64,000 bases of DNA from Prochloraceae cyanobacterium PL24a_bin.78 (GCA_028281945.1 JANQIW010000139.1:1593-65592); one strand, 5' to 3'. Shown: positions 16,429 through 27,149, numbered from the stretch's first letter. Program-made: numbers and translations. The notes: generated by a model from the sequence alone, not told the origin.

Positions 16429-19400
16429 ACCAACTTACTTAAAGTTTCCAAAAGGACATCTTGATTAAATTTTCCCTTAATAATATAAGCATTTGCTCCA
16501 GCTTCTGCACCTCTTTTTCGATCTTCATCTGACGAAAGAGTTGTTACTAAAATTATCGGCAATTCATTATATTCTTTACTTTGACGAACTTTAGCTGTTA
16601 GTTGTAAACCATCTAAATTAGGCATTTGAACGTCAGAAACTAATCCATCAAATGGACGAGTTTGTAATTTATTAAAAGCATCTAATCCATCTACTGCTGT
16701 TACCACTTCATATCCTGCTGCTTCTAAGATTCGTTTTTCTTGAGTACGAGTAGTGATAGAATCTTCCGCTAAGAGAAGAACTGGTTTTGTTTTCACCTTT
16801 TGTTCACTAGCTTGAGTAGTAACCACAGAAGATATTATTTGTTTTTGCATTGATTTGAACAAATCTTGAGGATTGAGAATCATACAAACTTCTCCTGATC
16901 CTAAAATAGCTGCTCCTGTCACATTACGAACTCTTTTTAAAATTTTACTTTGAGGTTTGAGAACAACATCTAAGGTATCTAACACTCGATCGACTAATAA
17001 TCCAAAGCTTTCTTGTCCAATATTCATAACAATACAAGCTTGACGATGGCTATCTTCTAAAATATTTTCTTCTAGATCTTGATTTTGAACACTATTATTT
17101 TTAATTGGATATTTAACGGAATTCGATAACTCTAATAAATCTGCTAAATTGACTAAAGAAATAGGTTTATTATTAAAAGAAAAAGTTTTTCTACCTTCAA
17201 TAGTAAAAATATCTTGTTCTTGAATAAATAAAAATGTCTGAATAAACTCAACAGGAAGAGCAAAAATTATTCCCTGTACCGATAACAAACCAACAGTTGC
17301 AGTTGCTAAAGTAATTCCTATAGTAATTATAAATTTACATCCTTTTCCTTTAACAGATTCTACATCAATATTTCCTTTTAATTGCTCAATATTGGCACGA
17401 ACTACATCTAATCCAATCCCTCTTCCAGATACTTCTGTAATAAAACTTTGGGTAGAAAAACCAGGACGAAAAATTAAAGATTGAATCTGATTGACACTCA
17501 TGGTATCTAATTCTTGTTGATTATGTAATCCTCTTTTAATGGCTGTTTCTTTAATTTTCTGAAGATTTAAACCTTTACCATCATCTTGTATTTCAATGAT
17601 AATATTATTACCATTTTGATAGCCTCGCAACCAAATTTGAGCTAGAGGAGGTTTTCCTGATACTCTTCTTTCTTCTTTAGTTTCAATGCCATGATCGATG
17701 GAATTACGAATCATATGCATTAAAGGATCTTTTAATTCTTCAATCAATTGCTTATCTGCTACAGTATCACCGCCTGAGAATTTTAATTCTATCTGTTTGT
17801 CTTTTTCTTTAGCTAAATCTCTCACCATTCTCGGGAAAAAGTTAAAAAGGGTAGACAATGGCAACATCCGCAATCCACGAATTTTTTCTTCTAATTCTTC
17901 TGCGATTAAATCCAATCTAGTGGTAGTTTCTACCGCAGAGATTTTGAGGTTATCAATTGCTTTTTCTAGCTTTTCTGAAAGGGGATTATTAATGAGGTTT
18001 TCTGTGGAGTTGATAATACTCATTTGATAGTAATGAGATTTACATTGTTGCCAAAGGAATGCTATTCGATCGATTTCTGAGGCTAAATTAGCAATACGAA
18101 TTTTATTAACAGTTAACTCTCCTGTTTGGATAATCAAGTTATCTAAATTCTTGGTTTGAACTCTAATTGTATCGATTTTATAAGGCTCATTAAGAGGAGT
18201 TGGTGGAGATAAAGCAACTTGTTGGTTGAAAGATTTATTATTAGTTTTTCCTGTATTTTTATTTGGTTTGATTATTTTTTCTGGTTTACTTTTGCCTATT
18301 TTTAGTTGGTGGAGAATTTCTTGAAGATTTAAATTATGTGGAATACCTGTAATAGCTTCTTTCGCTAATGTTTTAATTGCATCTAAGGCATTATAGAGAC
18401 GATCGCTTATTTGAGGTGTTAAGGTTATGTCGTTATCTTTTACTTGTATTAATACATCTTCCATACCATGAGCAATTGTTTCAATGATATCTATGCCAAT
18501 TGTTCTAGCATCTCCTTTAATACTATGAACTTCTCTGAGTAATTTCTCTAGAAAAGCTATATTTTGAGAATCTTTTTCTAAATTTAGTAAGTCTGTTTCT
18601 AGTTCTTCCAGATGTTCTGTAGAAGATATTTTATAGTTTTGTCTTAATTCTTCATCTTCTATAAAGATTGATTCAGTTTTAATTTGTTCTAATACTAATT
18701 TATCATCTTCTAGTAATAGTTTCAAATCTTGATTGATATTGTTTTCTAATTCTCTTTCTGGTTTTTCTCCCGTGATTTCTTGGTCTAATAGTTGTAAAAT
18801 TGTCGATAAATCCCTGTTGTGTGGGAAACCTGTTACTGCTTCTTGTATTAATTCTTTCATAGCATCTAAGGAATTATAGAGAAGCTCACTTATTTGATAA
18901 GTAAAATTTCTTTGACCATTTTTTACTTTTATTAAAATATCCTCCATAGCATGAGAAATCTTTTCAACACTATTTATGCCAATTATCCTAGAATCTCCTT
19001 TAATACTATGTAATTCTCGTAATAATTTATCTAAAGAAGGAATATCGTTAGGATCTTTTTCAATATTTAGTAGATTTGTTTCTATTTTTTCTAGATGTTC
19101 TTGAGAAGATATTTTATAAATTTCTCTTAATTCTTCATCTTCTATATAGATTGATTGAGATTCAATTTCTTCTAAATTTAGATTAGCTTCTGTTTCTGAT
19201 AAGTTGATTTCTTGATTTTCTTGGTTATGTAATAAATCTTTATCAGTTTCATTTGATAAATCTTCTGATATCTGTTGAGTTATTGCTTGAGTTAATCCAT
19301 CTACAATGGTAAGAGTATCAATATTATGAGGGATTCCCTTCACTGCTTGTTCTAATAATTTGCGAATTGGATTTAGGGTTACTTGGATTTGCTCTCTTAA

Positions 19401-20153
19401 TTGTGAAGTTAATTTTAGCTCATTTTTCAAGATTTTTTTGAATATTTTTTCTATTGTATGAGTAATAATTTCAATGCTTTCTACTTCGACAATTCTAGAG
19501 TCTCCTTTAAGAGAGTGAGCTTTAATAGATAATTCTTCGATACATTCTAAATCTTCTGGATTACTTGCTAATTTAATTAAACCTGCTTCCAATTTATCTA
19601 GATTTTCTGTAGAACTTGTTTCATAAATAACTCGTAGTTCTTCATCTTGAATTAAGAAACTTTGAGATTTATTTTGATTATTTTGATTATTTAATTCAGT
19701 TGTTTCTTGGCTTTTTTCAGCTTTTTCTGGTATTACTTTTTCTATTATTTCAGGTTTTGCTTTAGCATTTTCCTCTACAAGAATTTCCTCTAGTTTATTT
19801 ACTATTTTTTGCCAATCTACTTTACTAGGAGATTCACTAACTGCTTCATTTACTAATTGACTTATTACTGTAATTGTTTCGTAAAAAATTTCATAAAGTT
19901 CTGAGTTATAAATAATTTCTTTCTTTTGTATTTTAGTAATGATTTGTTGAAAATTATTAGCTATTTTTCCAATAATATCTAATTCAACAATTTGAGAATC
20001 GGCTCTTAGAGTTTTTAATTCCTGTATTAACTCGTTTAAATAAATTTCATTATTTGGATTTTTTCTTAAAGCTAATAAATTAGTTTGTAACTTTTCTAAA
20101 CGTTCTTGGCTAGAAAATTTATACAATTGTCTTAATTCTGGATCTTTTATCAT
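16425..20153 (-). CDS. cheA: hybrid CheA-type histidine kinase with four N-terminal Hpt modules and a C-terminal receiver
   Basis: 1242 aa. Four ~170 aa repeats begin (I/L)xDxELRxxY. The repeats carry AHSLKGDSR, LHSIKGDSR and VHSIKGDAR, while the first has KTLRADSQ. These are followed by a dimerisation region, HATPase (HMIRNSIDHGIE, DDGKGL, GRGIGLDVV), a CheW-like P5 domain and REC (LLAEDSITTR ... DVQMPNLDG). Confidence 0.9.
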   Translation of the reverse strand: MIKDPELRQLYKFSSQERLEKLQTNLLALRKNPNNEIYLNELIQELKTLRADSQIVELDIIGKIANNFQQIITKIQKKEIIYNSELYEIFYETITVISQLVNEAVSESPSKVDWQKIVNKLEEILVEENAKAKPEIIEKVIPEKAEKSQETTELNNQNNQNKSQSFLIQDEELRVIYETSSTENLDKLEAGLIKLASNPEDLECIEELSIKAHSLKGDSRIVEVESIEIITHTIEKIFKKILKNELKLTSQLREQIQVTLNPIRKLLEQAVKGIPHNIDTLTIVDGLTQAITQQISEDLSNETDKDLLHNQENQEINLSETEANLNLEEIESQSIYIEDEELREIYKISSQEHLEKIETNLLNIEKDPNDIPSLDKLLRELHSIKGDSRIIGINSVEKISHAMEDILIKVKNGQRNFTYQISELLYNSLDAMKELIQEAVTGFPHNRDLSTILQLLDQEITGEKPERELENNINQDLKLLLEDDKLVLEQIKTESIFIEDEELRQNYKISSTEHLEELETDLLNLEKDSQNIAFLEKLLREVHSIKGDARTIGIDIIETIAHGMEDVLIQVKDNDITLTPQISDRLYNALDAIKTLAKEAITGIPHNLNLQEILHQLKIGKSKPEKIIKPNKNTGKTNNKSFNQQVALSPPTPLNEPYKIDTIRVQTKNLDNLIIQTGELTVNKIRIANLASEIDRIAFLWQQCKSHYYQMSIINSTENLINNPLSEKLEKAIDNLKISAVETTTRLDLIAEELEEKIRGLRMLPLSTLFNFFPRMVRDLAKEKDKQIELKFSGGDTVADKQLIEELKDPLMHMIRNSIDHGIETKEERRVSGKPPLAQIWLRGYQNGNNIIIEIQDDGKGLNLQKIKETAIKRGLHNQQELDTMSVNQIQSLIFRPGFSTQSFITEVSGRGIGLDVVRANIEQLKGNIDVESVKGKGCKFIITIGITLATATVGLLSVQGIIFALPVEFIQTFLFIQEQDIFTIEGRKTFSFNNKPISLVNLADLLELSNSVKYPIKNNSVQNQDLEENILEDSHRQACIVMNIGQESFGLLVDRVLDTLDVVLKPQSKILKRVRNVTGAAILGSGEVCMILNPQDLFKSMQKQIISSVVTTQASEQKVKTKPVLLLAEDSITTRTQEKRILEAAGYEVVTAVDGLDAFNKLQTRPFDGLVSDVQMPNLDGLQLTAKVRQSKEYNELPIILVTTLSSDEDRKRGAEAGANAYIIKGKFNQDVLLETLSKLV

Positions 20154-20372
20154 AGTTATTTATAGTATTGTTTTGTAAATAGTTAATTTGTTTTATTTTT
20201 ATATAGAATATTATTGAAGTTAAAATGATTATTTTAGGATTTCCATAACTTAATATTTAATTTTTATGCTATTAAACTATGGAAATTATTGATGTTATTG
20301 CTAGGAGTTAATCTAAATTAAATAATTCTAATCTTAATAGCATCAAAAAAAGATTTCATTGATTAGATTTTT

Positions 20373-20411
20373 TTTGAAACTTAATTTTGAAACTTGATTT
20401 TGAAACTTGAT
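20373..20411. repeat. 3 x 13 nt direct repeat (TTTGAAACTTRAT) upstream of cheA
   Basis: Read directly at 20373..20385, 20386..20398 and 20399..20411. It lies in the 520 bp MCP-cheA spacer. Confidence 0.8.
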
Positions 20412-20507
20412 TGTTTAATTAATTATTCCTCAATTTACTCCTTTTTTTCAGAGTGTTTTTACTTAAGTTTTGATTATAGCTTAATGCTATTTTCTAGTTT
20501 TTTTGAT

Positions 20508-20537
20508 GTTGATTAATGTTGATTAATATTGATTAAA
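20508..20537. repeat. 3 x 10 nt direct repeat (GTTGATTAAT)
   Basis: Read directly as gttgattaat gttgattaat attgattaaa, in the same spacer. Confidence 0.8.
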
Positions 20538-20674
20538 ATATCATGAACGATATTAACTTTATCTGGTAAATTTTGAGCTGAACTTGCAAAGTATTAATGA
20601 TTTTTTTGTGATACTTTCCAATGGCAAATCTGTTTTTTACGAATCAGTGTTTCATTAATAAATTAATCAATATT

Positions 20675-22132
20675 TTATACTAAACTCTGAAGATTCTTAG
20701 TTGCACTATCTAATTTCTTAGTTCCTTCTTTAGTTTGATTGATCCCTACAGAAGTTTCTTGTGCTCCTTGATTAATGGCATTCATAGCATTTAAAACTTG
20801 CTCAAAAGCCGTAGCTTGCTGTTTGATATTAAGAGATATTTGTTGGTTATTAATTACCACATCATTAACTGCATCAGTAACACCTGTAAAAGCCGTCAAA
20901 GTATTTTCAGTCACTCGCAAACTAGTCTTTACTTTTGTCGTTCCTTCGTCAGTAACCATTACAGTTGAACCAATAGAAGTTTGAATTTGAGATACTAAAT
21001 CACTAATTTTATTGGCTGATTGTTTGCTTCGATCGGCTAATTTGCGAATTTCACTAGCAACAACACTAAAACCTTTTCCATGCTCCCCAGCTCTGACGGC
21101 TTCAACTGCTGCATTAAGAGCCAACATATTGGTTCGATTAGAAAGATCCCCTACCAATTGAGATATATTACCAATTTCACTAGTTTGATCCCTGAGATCA
21201 GAAATTTTATTAGCTATTTCTTCTACTTTCTCTTTTAAATCCGACATTTGATCAAATGCTTTTTCTGCGGCTAAATTACCAGCTTGGGCCATGACTAGAG
21301 CCTCTTGTGCCGAACTTGCGGCTGCTTCTGCTTGTTTGATAGATTGTCTGGCAGAAACGTTTAACTCATCCATTGTGGTTGTGGTTTCGTTAACTGAAGT
21401 AGCTTGCTGAGTGGCAGTATATTCTTGTTGTTGTAAAGTTGCGGCAATTTCGCTAGAAGAGGATTGAATAATATGACTCGTTTCATTAATAGTTTTTCCT
21501 ACTCCTGAACTAATCCAATAGGCTAAGGCAATACTTAACAAGGAAATAATAATAACAATAATTACTAATGTAAATACCATAAAGGAAACAAATCTTTCAG
21601 ACTCTTGATTTTTTTCTTGTAATATTTCCAACTCTGATAAGTCAAATTCTAGATGTACTTGGTTTAAATTTCTAATTAATTCTAGGTTGCTTTGGTCTGT
21701 GAATAAATTAATAGCCTCTGCTCTTTTGCCTTCTTGAATTAAACTGAGAATAGAATCAGCATTGTTTTGATATTCTTCTGTTAATTGAATAATTCTATTC
21801 AACCTTTCTCTTTCTTGAGAGCCTTGGATTAGATTCTCTTGATTAAGTTCTTCAATACCTTGGTTAAATAATTGTTTTGCTTCTTGGTATTGTTGTAAAA
21901 ACTCTTGGTTAGGATTAATCATATAACTCTTAGAAGAACTAATTATATCTCTAATTCCTCTGTCTATATTTTTTGATTTCTCTAGGATATCTTCTACTTT
22001 ATGTACTTCTTCAAATCCTTCAAATACTCTAGAACTTGTCCACCAGCCGAAAATAATGGTTCCAATTAATCCAAAAATTGGAATTGCGTAACCTAGTAAA
22101 ATTCTTTTTTGTAGTTTTAAATTGTTGAACAT
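20675..22132 (-). CDS. methyl-accepting chemotaxis protein with a CHASE3-like periplasmic sensor
   Basis: 485 aa. The order is TM, a helical sensor ([27 protein letters not shown]3-like), TM, then the MCP signalling domain ([35 protein letters not shown]). No obvious HAMP domain was seen. Confidence 0.88.
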   Translation of the reverse strand: MFNNLKLQKRILLGYAIPIFGLIGTIIFGWWTSSRVFEGFEEVHKVEDILEKSKNIDRGIRDIISSSKSYMINPNQEFLQQYQEAKQLFNQGIEELNQENLIQGSQERERLNRIIQLTEEYQNNADSILSLIQEGKRAEAINLFTDQSNLELIRNLNQVHLEFDLSELEILQEKNQESERFVSFMVFTLVIIVIIISLLSIALAYWISSGVGKTINETSHIIQSSSSEIAATLQQQEYTATQQATSVNETTTTMDELNVSARQSIKQAEAAASSAQEALVMAQAGNLAAEKAFDQMSDLKEKVEEIANKISDLRDQTSEIGNISQLVGDLSNRTNMLALNAAVEAVRAGEHGKGFSVVASEIRKLADRSKQSANKISDLVSQIQTSIGSTVMVTDEGTTKVKTSLRVTENTLTAFTGVTDAVNDVVINNQQISLNIKQQATAFEQVLNAMNAINQGAQETSVGINQTKEGTKKLDSATKNLQSLV

Positions 22133-23017
22133 TGATGTTTTCTCTTGGGCTAAATTTTTCTATAGATAATACTCTTTTTGCTTTAGTAGTAAGATGGTTA
22201 GTTGTTTCAATAACGTAGGAAAAAATACTGATTTATTTGTAATTTTCTGGTTAATGTTAGTGTACATTAATTATCAGAGAAAATTGTAACCTGTATTGAC
22301 TCTTTTTATATAGAGAATTAAAGAGAATCAAGAAGTTTTGATTTTGAGATTTTAAGTAATATTTTAATCTATTAATATTAGCCTATATTCCTGACTATGT
22401 CTATCTTATATATTTATTGAAAACTATTAGTTTTTTCAATTTGATGATCAAAGGTTAACTAACTGGTTTACATTATTTTTAATCCAAAATTAAATCATTC
22501 TTAATGGAAAAAATTTAACTTAATCAAGATTAATTAACTCAGGATAAGAATCTAAAAAATAAATTGTATTTTTTCCTATTTCGAGTTAAAATTTAAAATA
22601 AACCTAGATCAAATTATAAAATATTTATAATTAAGTTTAGATTGATTTATTACTCAGATAGAATTAAGTAAGGAGAAAATTAAGTATCCTGTAGATATAA
22701 GTTAGTTCAAAGTTAGGATTGAGCTAAAAATAGATAGGATTATGGTATGTATAGATATATATTGTTAAATTTCAATAATGATTTTTTTTTAATTTAAAAA
22801 ATTAAGATACTAAAAGGCTAATCAAATCAATAATTCAATGATATGAAATTCAAAAAATACTATTTTACTACAAGTATTACCAAAACAAAGAAATTATTAA
22901 TAATGAGAAAAAGTTAATGACTAACATCACATAAACTTTAAAAACTAAATTATCGACAAATAAACTTTCGATAGAGTATAATACATACCTAATTAACCGT
23001 ATAATGGATTATAATTT

Positions 23018-24175
23018 ATGATTACAGAAAAATTAATAACATTAAACAAAATAAGAGAACAACTAGAAAATCTTCATCAAGAATCCGCCACAGGACAATT
23101 AATTTTTAAAACAACAAAATTAATCGGAAGAATCCATCTTTATTCGGGAAGACTGCTTTATGTTACCAATGAAATTCATCGAGTAAGACAATGGTATAGA
23201 GCTACTGAGAAATATTCATCAAAATTAAATATGGATAGAGAGGAATTAAATCAAGATGGACTTTGGGAATATTCCATCCTTTATGGAGCCATCAGCAAAA
23301 AACAACTAAGTTTAACTCAAATCAAAGAAATTATTAGAGAAGTTGCTCAACAATGTCTTTTTGAAGCTAGTGGCTATAAAAATTTAAAAATTGAATGGAA
23401 TCCCCAATCGAAAAAAAATTCAGCCCTTTCTTTAGTATTAACCTTATCTTTTCATGAAATCAACTTAGCTATTACAAAAGTAGCACAAATGCGAAAAGAA
23501 TGGATGAAGGCAGGTTTAGGAATGCTTCAACCAATGCTGGCTCCGGTTTTAAAACCTGATTCAAACCCTGAAAAGCTTCCTGTTTCTCAAGAATATCTTG
23601 ATGGCAAGAATACTCTTTGGGATGTTGCCTTAAAAGAAAAAAAATCTTTAGTAGAAGTCACCCGTTCTTTATTACCTTTTTATGGCAAAGGTTTACTAAA
23701 ATTTCGAGAAGTTGCTGATTTAGATATACCCACTAGCAAAAAATTATCAAGCCAAACTCCAACTACAACTCCAGTAGCTAAAGCAACTGTACCTAAAGGA
23801 AAGAAACCTTTAATTGCTTGTATTGATGATAGTCCTGTAGTGGCACATAATTTAAAGAAAACTTTAGAACCTATGGGATATAATATTTTAAGTATTAAAG
23901 AACCTATGCAGGGTTTTTCCCAATTAATTGAAAATAAACCTGATTTAATTTTATTAGATATTAATATGCCTAACGCTAATGGTTATAGTGTTTGTCAATT
24001 TTTACGCAGTTCTCCAGTTTTTGAAAAAACTCCTATTATTATTCTTACAGGTCAAGATACAGTAATCGATCGTGCTCGTGCCAAATTAGTTGGAGCTACT
24101 GACTTTATTGGTAAACCAGCCCCCAAAAGTGAATTACTTCAAACCATTGAGCAATATTTGACCAAAGAAGAATAG
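23018..24175 (+). CDS. PatA-type response regulator (N-terminal PATAN domain + C-terminal REC)
   Basis: 385 aa. The N-terminal domain is PATAN-like (GRIHLYSGRLLYVTNEIHRVRQWYRA). The C-terminal REC is LIACIDDSPVV ... LLDINMPNANGYSVCQFLR ... ILTGQD ... GKP. Confidence 0.85.
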   Translation: MITEKLITLNKIREQLENLHQESATGQLIFKTTKLIGRIHLYSGRLLYVTNEIHRVRQWYRATEKYSSKLNMDREELNQDGLWEYSILYGAISKKQLSLTQIKEIIREVAQQCLFEASGYKNLKIEWNPQSKKNSALSLVLTLSFHEINLAITKVAQMRKEWMKAGLGMLQPMLAPVLKPDSNPEKLPVSQEYLDGKNTLWDVALKEKKSLVEVTRSLLPFYGKGLLKFREVADLDIPTSKKLSSQTPTTTPVAKATVPKGKKPLIACIDDSPVVAHNLKKTLEPMGYNILSIKEPMQGFSQLIENKPDLILLDINMPNANGYSVCQFLRSSPVFEKTPIIILTGQDTVIDRARAKLVGATDFIGKPAPKSELLQTIEQYLTKEE

Positions 24176-24185
24176 GTATTTAAAT

Positions 24186-25235
24186 TTATATAGTTTCATT
24201 TACTACTAATTTATCTCCGAGAAAAATAGACTTTAAGTCTAGAATACTCATAGTTTTTCCTTGAAATTTAGTAGTGCCTTCTAAATATTGCTCGTCATCG
24301 ATATAATTAACACTAGGTGGTGATAAGATTTCTTGAGGATTAACAAAGATTATATCAAAGACTTCTTTAATATAAATACCAACTAAAATATCTTGAATTT
24401 CAACTATCATCACTTGAGAATCGGAACTTATATCATCCATCGGCAAATTTAATATACTACGAAGATCGATTAAAGTAATAATTTCACCTCTTAGATTCAT
24501 ATTCCCAATAATATGAGAAGGAGTACATGGAATAGGAGTTGAAAGCTCAAAATCTGTAAATTCCCGTATTAAGGTTAAATCTATACCATAATATTCATCA
24601 TTTAAAATGATTACTGCCAGAGATTTAAATCCAGTGAAATCTTTTTTTGCTGTTAAAGAACTTAAAGTTTTAGCCCTTTGTCGGAAAATATGCTTCTCTT
24701 TATCGGTGGCGTGAGAAAAAAGAAATAATTTTTGTTCTAATAAAGCTTGAGAATCCTCGGTTTTTGTCGCTTTTCCATCTTGATTATCAGAAATTTTTCT
24801 TTCTACATATCCCAATAATTTTTCTGAATTCAGAATAAAAATAATATCCTCATTTTTTTTAGCAATACCATCAATAAATTTTTCCCTTCCATCACTTAAT
24901 TCTCTTCTTAAATAAACTTCAAAAGTGATTTTATCTACTTTGAGATTAGATACTTCTTGAACGCCATTAATAATCAAACCCATTCGGATGTCTTTAGATT
25001 TAATAACAACAATGGTATCTGTTAGTTTATATTTCTGAGGTTGATAACCAAAACGAATATTTAAATCCATTACAGGGATAATATATCCTCTAACATCAAC
25101 TAAACCAATAATATCATCAGGAGTATCAGGGATTGTTTTTAACTCTGGTAAGAAAAAAACTTCTTCAACTCCATAACTATCAATACCATACAAAGAATCA
25201 TTTAACTTAAAAATTAGATAAGGATGCTCATTCAT
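24186..25235 (-). CDS. cheW: tandem double-CheW-domain coupling protein
   Basis: 349 aa with two CheW-like domains (YLIFKLNDSLYGIDSYGVEEV ... VRGYIIPVMDL, and LAVIILNDEYYGIDLTLIREF ... LRGEIITLIDL). Confidence 0.85.
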   Translation of the reverse strand: MNEHPYLIFKLNDSLYGIDSYGVEEVFFLPELKTIPDTPDDIIGLVDVRGYIIPVMDLNIRFGYQPQKYKLTDTIVVIKSKDIRMGLIINGVQEVSNLKVDKITFEVYLRRELSDGREKFIDGIAKKNEDIIFILNSEKLLGYVERKISDNQDGKATKTEDSQALLEQKLFLFSHATDKEKHIFRQRAKTLSSLTAKKDFTGFKSLAVIILNDEYYGIDLTLIREFTDFELSTPIPCTPSHIIGNMNLRGEIITLIDLRSILNLPMDDISSDSQVMIVEIQDILVGIYIKEVFDIIFVNPQEILSPPSVNYIDDEQYLEGTTKFQGKTMSILDLKSIFLGDKLVVNETI

Positions 25236-25320
25236 TGTTTTTCATTTCTCTTTTAATAATTATTAATTTATAGTTGACACTAATTGAGTCAAAATTATCG
25301 TTACTTGATTTATAAAATAA

Positions 25321-25472
25321 TGATAGAGTTAAAGCTATCCAAAATCTACTGATTCCAAACCTAAAACCTATCTTCCTTATACCCTTTGTCTTCCTTATCC
25401 TCCTTGTCTCACTTTAACCTTGACGTAGCCTCTGGGTAAGCAGAAGTATATCATACTTTTGTAAAAATGATC
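25321..25472 (-). repeat. partial MITE-related sequence with one copy of the GC-rich hairpin module
   Basis: tgatagagttaaag ... pyrimidine microsatellite cttccttataccctttgtcttccttatcctcc ... cctctgggtaagcagaagt (the reverse complement of the 11194.. module) ... aaaaatgatc. Confidence 0.35.
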
Positions 25473-25583
25473 TTAGTACAGTTTTCTTGTTGTTCTGAAT
25501 ATTTTTTAGCATTTGTTAAAAACTAGAAAAAATAGTAAAAATACTTAATCTGAGATCAAATTTTTTTTAAGAAAACTTTATAA

Positions 25584-27149
25584 TTATTCTTGATTTAAAG
25601 TTTTTTCTAATTCTGAAATAAGTTCAACCGCAGTAATATTTCCTCTTTCTGGAATCAGAGTATGAGGAGGAAATTTTTTAAGAGTTTTTAAAGCTGCCTT
25701 TTGCATTTTTAAACTTCTGGGAAAATCTTGTTCTTGTTGATAAATATTGCTTAATTCAAAATAAGGAAATAAAATATTAGGTTTTAAATAAATTATTTTC
25801 TTTAAAAAAGTTTTAGCATTTTCTAAATTTCCTTCCTCCTCTGAAATTTGACTCAATAAATAATAAACTTGAACATTTAATGGATCTATTTCTAAAGCTT
25901 GATGAGAATATTCAATTGCTTGTTGATATTTTCCAGTATTGGCATAGATTTGAGCCATGAGATAATAACCTTCAAAATTTTTAGGCCATTGATCCAACAG
26001 TATTTGTAGTTGCTCAATTGCTAAATTATATGATTTTTGTTTTATATATTGTTGAGCATTTTCTATTAATTCTTCTTCGATTAATTGTGGCTTAATTTCT
26101 TTAAGAAAATCTTTTTTTTGTGTTGAAGATGTAATTAAATATTTATGATTTTGATGATAATTATTTGAAGTTTCAAAAGCTTTGATGGATGGTCTAAATT
26201 TTTTATTATTAGAATAGGAATTATACGATAAAGATTTTGTTTTAAAATTAGGAAAATTTTGTGAGTTAGATTTCTGTTGAGTTTTTGTTGATTTTTTTGC
26301 TTTTTCTTGAGGCTGATAAATTATAGATTGAGGAAAAATCTGAGATTGAAAATTATCTAAATTTAACCCTGAAATTTCAGCATGACCAGTTAGTAAATAG
26401 CCTGATTTTTTAAGAATTTTATAAAATTTATTGATAACTTTTTGAACTGCTGATTGATCAAAATAGATAAAAACATTACGACAAAGGATGAGATCAAAAT
26501 TTTTCATTTCTAAATTAATATTAGGAAAATCTGAGTTCACCAAATTCAAATTTTCAAACTGAACCATCTCTCTAATGTCTTCAAGCAGATGATATCCTTC
26601 TCTTGTTTCTTGAAAATAATTCTGTTGAATTTCCGGATCAACATTTCTAAAAGACCAAGAACTATAAACACCTTTTTTAGCTTTTTTAAGTGCTTCTTGA
26701 TTAATATCTACTCCCAAAATTGTTAGATTCCAATTTTCTAAATCGGGGATAACTTTTTTAGCTAAAATAGCTAAAGAATATGGTTCTTCACCTGTGGAAC
26801 ATCCCGCGCTACAAATACGAATTGTTTTCTGAGTTTGGTTATTACTAATTAATTGGGGAAAAATAACTTTTTCTAACAAAGAAAATTGTCCTTTATCTCT
26901 AAAGAAATAACTTTCAAGATTAGTAAGTAGAGAAACCAATATTTTCCATTCTTTTTGACTATCTAGATGATTTAGAGTTAAAAATTGATAATATTGTTCT
27001 AATGAATTGAATTTAAGTTCTTTATTTCTTAAGGATAGTTTTTGTTGTAAAATATCTCCATCGACTTTTCTAATTTTTAAACCAGTATATTGAGCAATTA
27101 AATTAATGAATTTTTGTTGTAATTCCAAGCTTAAATTTTGTTCTAACAC
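25584..27149 (-). CDS. cheR: CheR-type protein-glutamate O-methyltransferase fused to C-terminal TPR repeats
   Basis: 521 aa. ESYFFRD, IRICSAGCSTGEEPYSLAI and LILCRNVFIYFD are CheR SAM-methyltransferase motifs. The C-terminal ~170 aa are TPR-like (AIEQLQILLDQWPKNFEGYYLMAQIYANTGKYQQAIEY...). Confidence 0.88.
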   Translation of the reverse strand: MLEQNLSLELQQKFINLIAQYTGLKIRKVDGDILQQKLSLRNKELKFNSLEQYYQFLTLNHLDSQKEWKILVSLLTNLESYFFRDKGQFSLLEKVIFPQLISNNQTQKTIRICSAGCSTGEEPYSLAILAKKVIPDLENWNLTILGVDINQEALKKAKKGVYSSWSFRNVDPEIQQNYFQETREGYHLLEDIREMVQFENLNLVNSDFPNINLEMKNFDLILCRNVFIYFDQSAVQKVINKFYKILKKSGYLLTGHAEISGLNLDNFQSQIFPQSIIYQPQEKAKKSTKTQQKSNSQNFPNFKTKSLSYNSYSNNKKFRPSIKAFETSNNYHQNHKYLITSSTQKKDFLKEIKPQLIEEELIENAQQYIKQKSYNLAIEQLQILLDQWPKNFEGYYLMAQIYANTGKYQQAIEYSHQALEIDPLNVQVYYLLSQISEEEGNLENAKTFLKKIIYLKPNILFPYFELSNIYQQEQDFPRSLKMQKAALKTLKKFPPHTLIPERGNITAVELISELEKTLNQE

